From assembly GCA_963422205.2 (NCBI GenBank), contig CAXMWX010000005.1, positions 608,001 through 672,000 on the forward strand: a stretch of DNA of 64,000 nucleotides, given 5' to 3'. The notes under the pieces are model-generated. The model was not told the origin of the DNA. It did not search any database and was given only the letters and a program-made list of their open reading frames with translations. The position numbers and the translations under genes are program-made. Origin of the DNA: Gammaproteobacteria bacterium (GTDB lineage: Bacteria > Pseudomonadota > Gammaproteobacteria > Eutrophobiales > Eutrophobiaceae). Of this stretch, positions 30,977 to 41,612 are shown piece by piece; position 1 is the stretch's first letter; each line of letters begins with the position of its first letter.

Positions 30977-31540
30977 TCATAAGGGAAAGAGGACAATACG
31001 CACCATCATCGCCAACATGCTGGTCAGAATAGCCGCCAGCATCCATTTTATCCAGCGAAGATCGTTTCTCACCACGATCAACTCCTCACGTACCGTGGTA
31101 ATCTCGGCCTTTAGCTCCGTTCGTACCCCGGTAATCTCGTTATTTAGATCCGTCCGTACCCCGGTAATCTCAGCCTTTAGCTCCTCCCGTACCCCGGTAA
31201 TCTCGGCCTTTAGCTCCGTTCGTACCTCGGCAAGATCATCCTGGGTGGCCAGTTTGGCGACCTCGGCCTTTAGTTCAGCCCGGGTGACAAGATTGGCCAT
31301 CTCGGCCTTGAGTTCAGCCCGGGTGACAAGATTGGCCATCTCGGCCTTGAGTTCAGTTCGGGTGACAAGATTGGCCATCTCGGCCTTGATATCCTCCCGT
31401 ACCTCGGCGAGATCATCTTTGGTGGCCAGGTTGGCATCATAGGGGAAGGTGGCAAGCGATACGGCGGCAGCACGGGCCTTGTCCTCCGGCGTCCCGGCGG
31501 CGGTCAGCGCATCGTAGAGTTCGGCGTTCATAGTGCTCAT
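30977..31540 (-). CDS. DUF1640/CCDC90-like coiled-coil protein with expanded repeat stalk
   Basis: ELYDALTAAGTPEDKARAAA head, LATKDDL neck, 13-aa and 11-aa repeats, C-terminal TM. Confidence 0.8.
   Translation of the reverse strand: MSTMNAELYDALTAAGTPEDKARAAAVSLATFPYDANLATKDDLAEVREDIKAEMANLVTRTELKAEMANLVTRAELKAEMANLVTRAELKAEVAKLATQDDLAEVRTELKAEITGVREELKAEITGVRTDLNNEITGVRTELKAEITTVREELIVVRNDLRWIKWMLAAILTSMLAMMVRIVLFPL
31098..31388. repeat. Intragenic 33-bp and 39-bp tandem repeats
   Basis: gtaatctc at 31098/31131/31164/31197 (period 33); gggtgacaagattggccatctcggcctt at 31282/31321/31360 (period 39). Confidence 0.92.
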
Positions 31541-31597
31541 GGCTGTAAGTCTAAGCGATATACTGGCTGCAAGGCAAGCAAAGGGGCGGTCAGGCGG

Positions 31598-32963
31598 TCA
31601 ATCCAGGCCCAGCTTCTCCAGACGATAGCGCAGGGCCCTGAGGGTGATGCCGAGTGATTTTGCTGTCGCCGTTTTATTCCATTTATGCCTCTCCAGCGCC
31701 TGCATAATCAGGTTTCTCTCCACATCAACCAGATAGGTGTCCAACTGCACCGTGGCGGCGGGTGTTTGCTTGCGATCAGGGGCGGCGGCAGGCGGGAGGG
31801 TATCGTTCTGAATATCGTTCTGGGAGTCAGCCGGGGATAATTTCAGATCGTGTACATGGATCATATTGCCATCACACAAGGTGGCCGCACGTTGCAGGAT
31901 GTTCTCCAGTTCGCGGATGTTGCCGGGGAAGGCATACGCGGCCAGCGAGGCGAGGGCATCCGGGTGTATCTGCACCGTGCTGGCTGACGGGCGGGTCAGA
32001 AAGTGCCTCACCAGGGCGGGGATATCCTCGGTACGCTGCCTCAGGGGCGGGATATTCAGCTCAATGACATTGATTCGGTAATACAAATCCTGCCTGAACT
32101 CGCCTGCCTGCACCAGGCTTGCCAGGTCTTTATGCGTGGCGCAGAGGATGCGGACATCAACCGTCTGCTCCTGACTGGCGCCGATGGGGCGCACAGCGCT
32201 TTCCTGAATGGCACGTAACAGCTTCACCTGAAAATGCGCTGACAACTCGGCCACCTCATCCAGGAACAGAGTACCGCCATCGGCTGCGCTGAACAGGCCC
32301 GCCCTGTCTGTGCTGGCACCGGTAAAGCTGCCTTTGGTATAGCCGAAAAACTCGCTCTCCATCAAATCGTGCGGGATAGCACCGCAATTCACCGGGATGA
32401 AGGGCTTGTCAGCACGTGCGCCCTGGGCGTGGATAAGGCGGGCGACCAACTCCTTGCCCGTGCCGGATTCACCGCTGATATAAATCGGTGCCTGGCTGCG
32501 CGCCAGCCTGGCAATCATCTGCTTGACCTCGGTCATGGCAGGGCTCTCGCCAATCAACTGATCCTGGCTGGCTGATGGTTGGGCTGGCTGTCTGGACAGC
32601 GCAAGTGCGCCACGGACGACATTACGCAGCAGACCGAGATTCAACCGGCTTGGTCAGAAAATCAAACGCACCGCGCTTTAAGGCCATGATGGCGGTGTCT
32701 ATACTGCCATGGGCGGTGATCACCGCTATCGGCATCGCCGGGTAGTTGTCCTGTACAAAGCCGACAAACTCCACGCCATCGCCGTCCGGCAGCTTCATAT
32801 CGGTCAGGCAGATATCAAATGCCGCCGATTGTAAATGCTGCTTTGCGGTGCCAAGATCAGCCGCCGATAAGGCATCAATGTGCATCCGGTTCAAGGTGAT
32901 CTCCAGTAGCTTGCGGATATCCGGCTCATCATCAATGATCAGGGCAGTGGCTTTTCTCTGCAT
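31598..32963 (-). pseudogene. pilR: Sigma-54-dependent response regulator PilR, split by a 1-nt frameshift near 32642
   Basis: Receiver domain in 32622..32963 ends FDFLTKPV; the AAA+/HTH part (GESGTGKE, GSFTGA, FRQDLYYR, LRYRL) is in another frame, 31598..32644. Confidence 0.85.
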
Positions 32964-32965
32964 GA

Positions 32966-34594
32966 CTAGAACACTGTATGGTGTTGCTCAATGCGAGAGA
33001 AGGTCAGCCGAAAGCAGCACCCGCCCCTTAGGGGTTCGTCTTTGTTCATCGCCGGATTCATCAGAGACAAGGTGGCCTGATTCACTTCGGCCAATTCTCT
33101 GGCGATATACAACCCTAATCCGCTGCCACTGTTGTTGGTGGTAAAAAACGGCTCAAACAAGCGCTCCTGGTTCTCTTTCGCAATCCCCGGCCCGGTGTCA
33201 ATGATGTCCAGATAGGGCCGGTCGGTGTCCGCTTTAACGCCGCAGTGCAAAGTTAGCAGGGGTGAATGCTGGCTGTATCTGATGCCATTCTCGCACACAT
33301 TCCAGACTATCTGATGTAATTGTTGCGGGTCGGCCTGTACGGCAATCGGCGTCTCTTGTCGTGCCACCTGCACCTCATGCTCAGCCAGCGCATTTCTCTG
33401 CCGGAACTCCTCGCTGAAGCGGCTGACCCATTCACCCAGGCTCACCTCTTCCAGAACCACCTGATCACGGCGGCTGATATTCATGACGTTTTCGATGATC
33501 CTGTTCACCCGACCGGCATGTTCAACAATGATACCCGTCAGCCGAGTCTCTTCCGGTGTGCCGTGTGTCGATTCTGATAACAACTGGCCGGCATGGCTGA
33601 TGGCGCCGAGGGGGTTTCTGATCTCATGGGCGATGCTGGCCGTCAAGCGCCCCAGAGAGGCGAGCTTCAGCTGCTGTGCGCGCTGCCTCAAGGTGGAGAC
33701 ATCTTCAATGAAGATCAGCAATTCAGTCACGCCGGCCAGTTCAATGCGGCTGAAGGACGCCTGAATATCCACACCGGCTGCCGCTTTGAAAGTAACACTG
33801 CGCTCGCCCCTGGCATCCCGCCAGCGCTTGACCAGGGCGGCCAACTCAGGGGTCATGGCCGACAAGCTGTTACCGGTACTGTGTTCGCTGATCCCCAGCA
33901 GCCGGGCGGCGGCGGCATTGGTCAGGTGTATATTCAGCGTATTATCCAGCACGATCACGCCCGATTGCAGACGCTGCACGATATGCTCATTTAAGCTGGA
34001 TACATTTGCCAGATCAGTGGCGTGGCGCCGGGCCAGCGCCTCTGACTGCTGCAACCGGCCAGCCAGGGTATAGCTGATAAAGGCAGTGACAAAAAAGGCA
34101 ATCCCCAGAAAGCCGGTCTGGGTATGGTTGATGTAATAGTCATACCAGCTTAACCGGGCGTAGACTTCATGTGCAAACACCGAGAGCGTGGCCACGGCGG
34201 CGAAGAAAAAACCGATGCTGTGCCGAGAGGGGATCAAGGCCCCGCCACCCGCCACGGCGATCACCAGCAGCACACCAAAGCCACTGTTCAAACCCGCACT
34301 GGCAAACATCAGTATCGTCAGTATCAGCAAGTCAGCGATGACATGGGTGATGACCTGAAACAGGTAGCGTGGCCTTTGCAGGCGGATAAAAACCCCGAAG
34401 GCCAGCGAGAGAAGGAGATACAGCAAGGCCGCAACCGAGAACAGCGTACCATCATGCACACCGAGCGGTGCGGGTAACTGGCCGGCTGAGACCAGGCTGA
34501 CAAACAAAGCGCTGAGCAAAAAACGGTACACATTAAAGTAAGCCAGCGCCCGCCAGGCAACCGGCATGGCGGGTGGTAACTCAACCCCGCTCAT
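32966..34594 (-). CDS. pilS: Sensor histidine kinase PilS
   Basis: About 6 TM, PAS-like region, LGRLTASIAHEIRNPL H-box, N/G1/F/G2 boxes; adjacent to pilR. Confidence 0.92.
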   Translation of the reverse strand: MSGVELPPAMPVAWRALAYFNVYRFLLSALFVSLVSAGQLPAPLGVHDGTLFSVAALLYLLLSLAFGVFIRLQRPRYLFQVITHVIADLLILTILMFASAGLNSGFGVLLVIAVAGGGALIPSRHSIGFFFAAVATLSVFAHEVYARLSWYDYYINHTQTGFLGIAFFVTAFISYTLAGRLQQSEALARRHATDLANVSSLNEHIVQRLQSGVIVLDNTLNIHLTNAAAARLLGISEHSTGNSLSAMTPELAALVKRWRDARGERSVTFKAAAGVDIQASFSRIELAGVTELLIFIEDVSTLRQRAQQLKLASLGRLTASIAHEIRNPLGAISHAGQLLSESTHGTPEETRLTGIIVEHAGRVNRIIENVMNISRRDQVVLEEVSLGEWVSRFSEEFRQRNALAEHEVQVARQETPIAVQADPQQLHQIVWNVCENGIRYSQHSPLLTLHCGVKADTDRPYLDIIDTGPGIAKENQERLFEPFFTTNNSGSGLGLYIARELAEVNQATLSLMNPAMNKDEPLRGGCCFRLTFSRIEQHHTVF

Positions 34595-34839
34595 CTTTCC
34601 TGTTCCTGCCGGGTGGCAACCTGCCGATGCGCTTCACTGCAATAGCTCTTCCCCAATGCCGTAACAGCCGATTGCTCCGGCACATACAGGCCACAATGCA
34701 GACACCTGACCATTTTATCGTTCAACCGCTCCTGCCGCTTGCCGCTTGCCTTACTCGCGGCCATATACCTGAAAAAGCACTTTCTAATCAATACGATAGC
34801 AGCAAACAACCCGCCTGTTATCAGGATAAAACGCAACAC
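34591..34839 (-). CDS. PP0621-like small membrane-anchored protein
   Basis: TM then MVRCLHCGLYVP...YCSEAH; conserved position upstream of pilS. Confidence 0.8.
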   Translation of the reverse strand: MLRFILITGGLFAAIVLIRKCFFRYMAASKASGKRQERLNDKMVRCLHCGLYVPEQSAVTALGKSYCSEAHRQVATRQEQER

Positions 34840-35057
34840 AGCCTGGTTATCCCGTGGTTTGTATTCATACAGACACCTTATATAATGTCGCCTCTCCAGT
34901 CATTAACAAAGCCAGTTTAGCCGCTTTCACAGGGCTTGGCAGGGGATTTAAGCATCGATCCGGCCACAGTGCTGGTGTTGTGCCGTGATCGTAACATCAG
35001 CCCGCCATTGATGATTCGCCAAAGACAAGCCGTGATAACCTTAGATAGGGAGAGAAA

Positions 35058-36224
<1,167 letters not shown>

Positions 36225-36228
36225 TCAA

Positions 36229-37101
36229 ATGGCCATACTTGTGGATAACAACACCCGGGTTATCGTTCAGGGATTTACCGGCAGGCAGGGGACGTTTCAT
36301 GCAGAACAGGCGCTTGCATACGGCACACAGATCATCGGCGGTGTTACGCCTGGTCGGGGCGGGCAAACACACCTTGACCGGCCGGTGTTCGATACCGTTG
36401 CCGCCGCCGTTGGTGCAACCGGGGCCGATGCCAGCATGATCATGGTGCCGGCGGCCTTTGCCGCCGAGGCCATCACCGAGGCCGCCGAGGCCGGCATTAC
36501 GCTGATTGTCTGCATCACCGAAGGGATCCCGGTGATTGATATGGTCAAGGCCCGGGCCTGTCTGGATCACTACCCGAAGGTGCGGCTCATCGGCCCGAAC
36601 TGCCCGGGGATTATCACGCCGGAACAGTGCAAGATTGGCATTATGCCGGACCGCATCCATCAGGCGGGCGGGATTGGTATCGTCTCCCGCTCTGGCACGC
36701 TCACCTACGAGGCCGTGCATCAGACCACGAAGACGGGCCTGGGGCAGAGTACCTGTGTCGGTATCGGCGGCGACCCTATCCACGGAATGAACTTTATCGA
36801 CTGCCTGGCCTTGTTTGAGGAGGATGAGGCGACCCGGGGCATCATCATGGTGGGTGAGATCGGCGGGACGGCGGAGGAAGAAGCGGCGGCCTTTATCAAA
36901 GATCACGTGACCAAGCCGGTGGTCGGCTATATCGCCGGCGTGACGGCACCGCCGGGCAAACGCATGGGCCATGCCGGGGCGATCATATCCGGCGGCAAGG
37001 GCACCGCAGATGACAAGTTCGCCGCCCTGGAGGCGGCCAATGTGACAACGGTCAGATCGCCCGCCAGCCTCGGCGAGGCCATCGCCAACCGGCTTGGCTA
37101 G
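36229..37101 (+). CDS. sucD: Succinyl-CoA synthetase alpha subunit
   Basis: [22 protein letters not shown]. Confidence 0.98.
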   Translation: MAILVDNNTRVIVQGFTGRQGTFHAEQALAYGTQIIGGVTPGRGGQTHLDRPVFDTVAAAVGATGADASMIMVPAAFAAEAITEAAEAGITLIVCITEGIPVIDMVKARACLDHYPKVRLIGPNCPGIITPEQCKIGIMPDRIHQAGGIGIVSRSGTLTYEAVHQTTKTGLGQSTCVGIGGDPIHGMNFIDCLALFEEDEATRGIIMVGEIGGTAEEEAAAFIKDHVTKPVVGYIAGVTAPPGKRMGHAGAIISGGKGTADDKFAALEAANVTTVRSPASLGEAIANRLG

Positions 37102-37243
37102 GCATTTGCCTACATTGCTGATCCTGTGCTGACAGATAACAGCCGTGGCGTATAGCACCGCCCTGGCTCTGGCGGCAGCAAGCGGCCAGGATTCAGGCAC
37201 TTGACACTCGCTGCGATAACCATCCGATGACACGCCATAGACC

Positions 37244-38962
37244 ATGTCGGCTGATGATTTAAACCGTATCGCCATCGCACAGATGAATGCCTGTGTTGGC
37301 GCCATCGACAATAACGTCCGCCGCATCATCGATAACATCCGCACCGCCCGCCAGCGGCAGGCCGATATGATCATCTTCCCGGAGCTGGCCATCTCCGGCT
37401 ACCCGCCCGAAGATTTGCTGCTACGGCCGGATTTTCACCGCCAGGTGGCCAGCGCCGTTGAAGCCATCACGGCACAAACCCAAGGTATCACACTCATCCT
37501 CGGCCACAGCGAAAGCGTACAGGGCAAGCTGTATAACGTCTGTAGCCTGATTCAGGACGGCAGGCGCATACACAGCTACCACAAGCGCTGCCTACCCAAC
37601 TATGGCGTGTTTGATGAGAAGCGCTATTTCACGCCAGGCACCAACAGCAGCCTGTGTCATGTCGGCGGCAGAAAGATCGCCTTGAGTATTTGCGAGGACC
37701 TCTGGACGGATGGCCCTGCCGCCGAGGCCGCCGGTCAGGGCGCCCAGCTGTTAATCAACATCAACGCCTCGCCCTATCATACCGACAAGGCCAGGCAGCG
37801 GCAGCAGCTTATCTGTCAGCGAGCCAGCGAGAATGCCTTGCCCATTATTTATGTCAACATGGTGGGCGGCCAGGATGAGCTGGTGTTTGATGGCGATTCC
37901 ATGTCGGCTAATGCCGCCGGGGAGATCGTGTTCCGGGCACCGCGTTTTGTGGATGATCTCTTCCTGCTTGAGGCGACCACCGATGCCCCCGTGGCATTGA
38001 CCGGCAACAGCATCGCCCAACCGCACGATGATGCGGCGGCTGTTTATCAGGCCATCGTCCTGGGCGTTAAGGATTATGCGGCAAAAAATCACTTCGCCGG
38101 TGCGGTCATCGGCCTGTCCGGCGGCATTGATTCCGCCCTGACCCTGGCCATCGCCGTGGATGCCCTGGGGGCGGAGAATGTGGAAGTCCTGCTCATGCCC
38201 TCGCGCTACACCGCCGAGATGAGCAATACCGATGCAGAGCAGATGGCCACCGCCCTGGGCGTCACGTTCCACCGCTACAGCATAGAAGCGCCGTTTGCGG
38301 CCTTTCTTGATTTACTCCAGCCCGCTTTCAAGGGGCGGCAGGCCGATGCCACTGAAGAGAACATCCAGGCGCGCTGCCGCGGCATCCTGCTGATGGCCAT
38401 CTCCAATAAAAGCGGCAAGCTGGTATTGACCACGGGCAACAAGAGCGAGATGGCGGTGGGGTATGCCACCTTGTACGGCGACATGGCCGGTGGGTTTGCA
38501 CCACTGAAAGATATCTCCAAGACCCGGGTGTACGAACTGGCAAACTGGCGCAACCGGCAAAGCCCTGTCATCCCGCCACGCATGATCGATCGTCCGCCCA
38601 GTGCCGAATTACGGCCAGGGCAAAAAGACACCGACTCGCTGCCCGCATACGAGATACTCGATGCCGTGCTGGAGCGGTATATCGAACGGGATAACAGCCC
38701 GACAGAGATCATCGCTGCCGGCTTTGATGCGGCTGTGGTAAGCAAGATCAGCCGCCTGGTCGATCGTAATGAGTATAAACGCCGACAGGCCGCGCCGGGG
38801 GTGAGAATCACTGCCCGCGCCTTTGGCCGGGACCGGCGCTATCCGATCAGCTCCGATTATCAGGAAAAGCCGCCGCCCGCCGAGGCAGGCGATGGGTCAG
38901 GCGATGGTCAGGGCAGCGAGGGCCAAGGCAGCGAAGGTAAGAGCAGTGCTAACGGACGGTGA
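37244..38962 (+). CDS. nadE: Glutamine-dependent NAD+ synthetase
   Basis: Nitrilase domain (FPEL, FDEKRYF, ICED) plus GLSGGIDS, TTGNKSE, NEYKRRQ. Confidence 0.96.
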   Translation: MSADDLNRIAIAQMNACVGAIDNNVRRIIDNIRTARQRQADMIIFPELAISGYPPEDLLLRPDFHRQVASAVEAITAQTQGITLILGHSESVQGKLYNVCSLIQDGRRIHSYHKRCLPNYGVFDEKRYFTPGTNSSLCHVGGRKIALSICEDLWTDGPAAEAAGQGAQLLININASPYHTDKARQRQQLICQRASENALPIIYVNMVGGQDELVFDGDSMSANAAGEIVFRAPRFVDDLFLLEATTDAPVALTGNSIAQPHDDAAAVYQAIVLGVKDYAAKNHFAGAVIGLSGGIDSALTLAIAVDALGAENVEVLLMPSRYTAEMSNTDAEQMATALGVTFHRYSIEAPFAAFLDLLQPAFKGRQADATEENIQARCRGILLMAISNKSGKLVLTTGNKSEMAVGYATLYGDMAGGFAPLKDISKTRVYELANWRNRQSPVIPPRMIDRPPSAELRPGQKDTDSLPAYEILDAVLERYIERDNSPTEIIAAGFDAAVVSKISRLVDRNEYKRRQAAPGVRITARAFGRDRRYPISSDYQEKPPPAEAGDGSGDGQGSEGQGSEGKSSANGR

Positions 38963-39728
38963 TCCGCTCCACTTCACGAATACCCGGATGATTGGGGTAG
39001 TTCAGCCCCAGCACCCGAAGCGCATCCGCCGAGAGATCATCCATCTCCAGAATCTTGTACGCCTTTGCCATGATGACCAGGGCATCGGGCACCGAGGAGG
39101 TGCGCTGATAGGTCTCCACCACATAGCGGGCGCGGTTGGCCGCCGCCACATAAGCACCGCGTTTTAAGTAATAATTGGCGATGTGGATCTCATGTCGGGC
39201 AATGATGCCACGCAGATAGACCATGCGTTTTTGTGCATCTTCGGCATATTGCGTGTCCGGGTGTTGTTCCAGTAATTCGGAGAAATCCTCAAAGGCAGCC
39301 AGGGCGGCATCCTGGTCACGTTGCGAGAGATCAAGCGGCAGATAGCGCTCCGTGAAGCCTTTACCGCGATGATAATTGACCAGCCCTTTAAGGTAATAAG
39401 CATAGTCCACATGCGGGTTTTGCGGGTACAGCCGGATAAACCGGTCACAGGCAGCAATCGCCGCCTCGGCATCGTCTGTCTTGTAGTACACATAGGCCAG
39501 ATCAAGCAGGGACTGCTGCCCGTAGACACCGAACGGAAAGCGCGTTTCCAGAAATTCATAATACTGTACAGCCTTGCTGTAGTAGCCAGAGTCCAGCGCC
39601 CCCTTGGCCTCGGCGTACAGACGTTCCACCGTCCAGTTGTTAGCCGCATCGTCCTCGCCGTCCTTATCGCCAAACAAAGCGCAGGCGGAGACGGATACCA
39701 GCAAAAAAAGCAGGAATAAAATTCGCAT
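38949..39728 (-). CDS. bamD: Outer membrane protein assembly factor BamD
   Basis: Lipobox VSAC, TPR motifs, YAYYLKGL, AAANRA; divergent from rluD. Confidence 0.93.
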   Translation of the reverse strand: MRILFLLFLLVSVSACALFGDKDGEDDAANNWTVERLYAEAKGALDSGYYSKAVQYYEFLETRFPFGVYGQQSLLDLAYVYYKTDDAEAAIAACDRFIRLYPQNPHVDYAYYLKGLVNYHRGKGFTERYLPLDLSQRDQDAALAAFEDFSELLEQHPDTQYAEDAQKRMVYLRGIIARHEIHIANYYLKRGAYVAAANRARYVVETYQRTSSVPDALVIMAKAYKILEMDDLSADALRVLGLNYPNHPGIREVERITVR

Positions 39729-39850
39729 GTTGCCTACACTCATGTTCGGTACGTAAATTAGCATTAAGATGATAACAAACTTCGGCCATTGCATGTACCC
39801 TGGGCCAAGCACCGGGGCAGGCTGGATGCACCACGGGCAGGCAAACTGAT

Positions 39851-40804
39851 ATGGATAACGATCTGATGTCATTCACGATCACGGCTGAATGTTCAGGCCT
39901 GCGGCTGGATCAGGCGCTGGCAAAGCTGTGTCCGCAATTCTCCCGTGCCCGTTTGCAGGCATGGATCAAGTCCGGCCATGTGCAGGTCAATGGCCATCCG
40001 GCCAGGCAACGGGATCGCACCCGGGCCGGTCAGCGGCTTGATTTAAGGCCCCGGCCTGAGACACCGAATGCAAGCTGGGCGGCTGAAAATATCCCGCTTG
40101 ACATTGTCCATGAGGATGAACACATCCTCGTGTTGAACAAGCCCGCTGGCCTTATCGTGCATCCCGGTGCCGGCCATCCCGATGCGACCCTGTTAAATGC
40201 GCTGCTGTATCATTGCGATGCCTTACGGCAGCTCCCCCGTGCTGGCATTATCCAGCGGCTGGATAAAGATACCTCCGGGATCATGATCATCGCCAAATCA
40301 TCACTCGCCCATACCCGGCTGGTCAAAGACATGCAGCAGAGGAAGATCAGGCGGCAATACCGGGCGCTGGTGCATGGCGAGCCGATCAGCGGTGGCCGCA
40401 TCGCCCACCCTATTGGGCGAGACCCGACACAGCGGCTGAAGATGGCCGTGATCCCAGGCGGTAAGCCAGCCGTAACGCACTATCGGCTGGCGGGCAGATA
40501 CAATGGCATCACGGAATTGCAAGTCAACTTGGAGACCGGCCGTACCCATCAGATTCGGGTACACCTGGCCTACATCAAGCACCCGGTTATCGGCGATCCG
40601 GTGTATGCCCATCGCAACCCGCTGCCTAAAAAAATATCGGCCGAGTTGCGCCAAGGCATTCAGGGCTTTACGCGCCAGGCGCTGCATGCCGAGGTGCTGG
40701 GCGTGACGCATCCGCTGACCGGTGTCCGGCAGCATTGGCAGGTGCCAGCACCTGCTGACTACCAGCACCTGTTGGCGATGATAAAACAAGCCCATGCAGA
40801 ATAA
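39851..40804 (+). CDS. rluD: 23S rRNA pseudouridine synthase D
   Basis: S4 domain, NKPAGL, RLDKDTSG, LETGRTHQIRVH. Confidence 0.95.
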   Translation: MDNDLMSFTITAECSGLRLDQALAKLCPQFSRARLQAWIKSGHVQVNGHPARQRDRTRAGQRLDLRPRPETPNASWAAENIPLDIVHEDEHILVLNKPAGLIVHPGAGHPDATLLNALLYHCDALRQLPRAGIIQRLDKDTSGIMIIAKSSLAHTRLVKDMQQRKIRRQYRALVHGEPISGGRIAHPIGRDPTQRLKMAVIPGGKPAVTHYRLAGRYNGITELQVNLETGRTHQIRVHLAYIKHPVIGDPVYAHRNPLPKKISAELRQGIQGFTRQALHAEVLGVTHPLTGVRQHWQVPAPADYQHLLAMIKQAHAE

Positions 40805-41567
40805 TGCCATCTGGCTGCCCGCCGCCTGGCCGGCCCCCGCTTCGGTACGGGCGGGCACAACCCTGCGGCACGGCCCGGGGCATGATTCCGGCAATGATGA
40901 TCTAGAAGAGAATGATCCTTATGCCGGTTTTAATCTGGCCACCCACGTCGGCGCCGCACCCGATACAGTAGAGATAAACCGCCGCCAACTGATCCGGCGG
41001 CTGAATTTACCGGCACCGCCGCTCTGGTTAGGGCAGGTGCATGGCGGCGATGTCCTCGCCTGTTGCCCGCCGACAAGCCCGCCTGCCAGGGCCGATGGCC
41101 GCTATGCGGCGGCGCCCGGGCAGGTGTGCGTTGTACTCACCGCCGATTGCCTCCCCCTGTTGCTCTGCAACCGGCAAGGCAATCAGGTTGCCGCCGTGCA
41201 TGTCGGCTGGCGCGGGCTGTGCCAGCATATCATCACCCGGGCGTTGCGCCGGTTCACCGGGCCGGTCAATGCGATTCTGGCCTGGCTTGGCCCGCATATC
41301 TGCCAGCGACATTACGAAGTCGGGCCAGAGGTGCTACAGGCGTGTACACAACACATCGGCGATGTCAGCCAGTTCCTGCACACCACCCGCCCGGCCCATG
41401 CCTGCCTGGACTTGGGCGGGCTGGTGCGTGCCTTGCTGATGCGGGCCGGCGTATCAGCGGTGTATCGTGCAAACAGATGCACATTCGGCAACCAACGATT
41501 ATTCTATTCATACCGAAGGGCGGCCATCACCGGCAGAATGGCGAGTTTAATCTGGATAGAAAGCTGA
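40794..41567 (+). CDS. pgeF: Peptidoglycan editing factor PgeF (YfiH)
   Basis: FNLATHVG, QVHG, TADCLP, HVGWRG, FYSYRR. Confidence 0.93.
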   Translation: MQNNAIWLPAAWPAPASVRAGTTLRHGPGHDSGNDDLEENDPYAGFNLATHVGAAPDTVEINRRQLIRRLNLPAPPLWLGQVHGGDVLACCPPTSPPARADGRYAAAPGQVCVVLTADCLPLLLCNRQGNQVAAVHVGWRGLCQHIITRALRRFTGPVNAILAWLGPHICQRHYEVGPEVLQACTQHIGDVSQFLHTTRPAHACLDLGGLVRALLMRAGVSAVYRANRCTFGNQRLFYSYRRAAITGRMASLIWIES

Positions 41568-41612
41568 TAAAATTTCACGCCAACAGCATCGTAACATCTT
41601 ACAGGGGAAAAC

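Noticed and set aside
31098-31388. 33/39-bp periodic repeats as CRISPR
   Set aside because: They are contiguous in-frame coding repeats with no unique spacers.
39729-39872. Long N-terminal extension on BamD
   Set aside because: The lipoprotein signal begins at MRILF (39728); the upstream part is the divergent promoter region.
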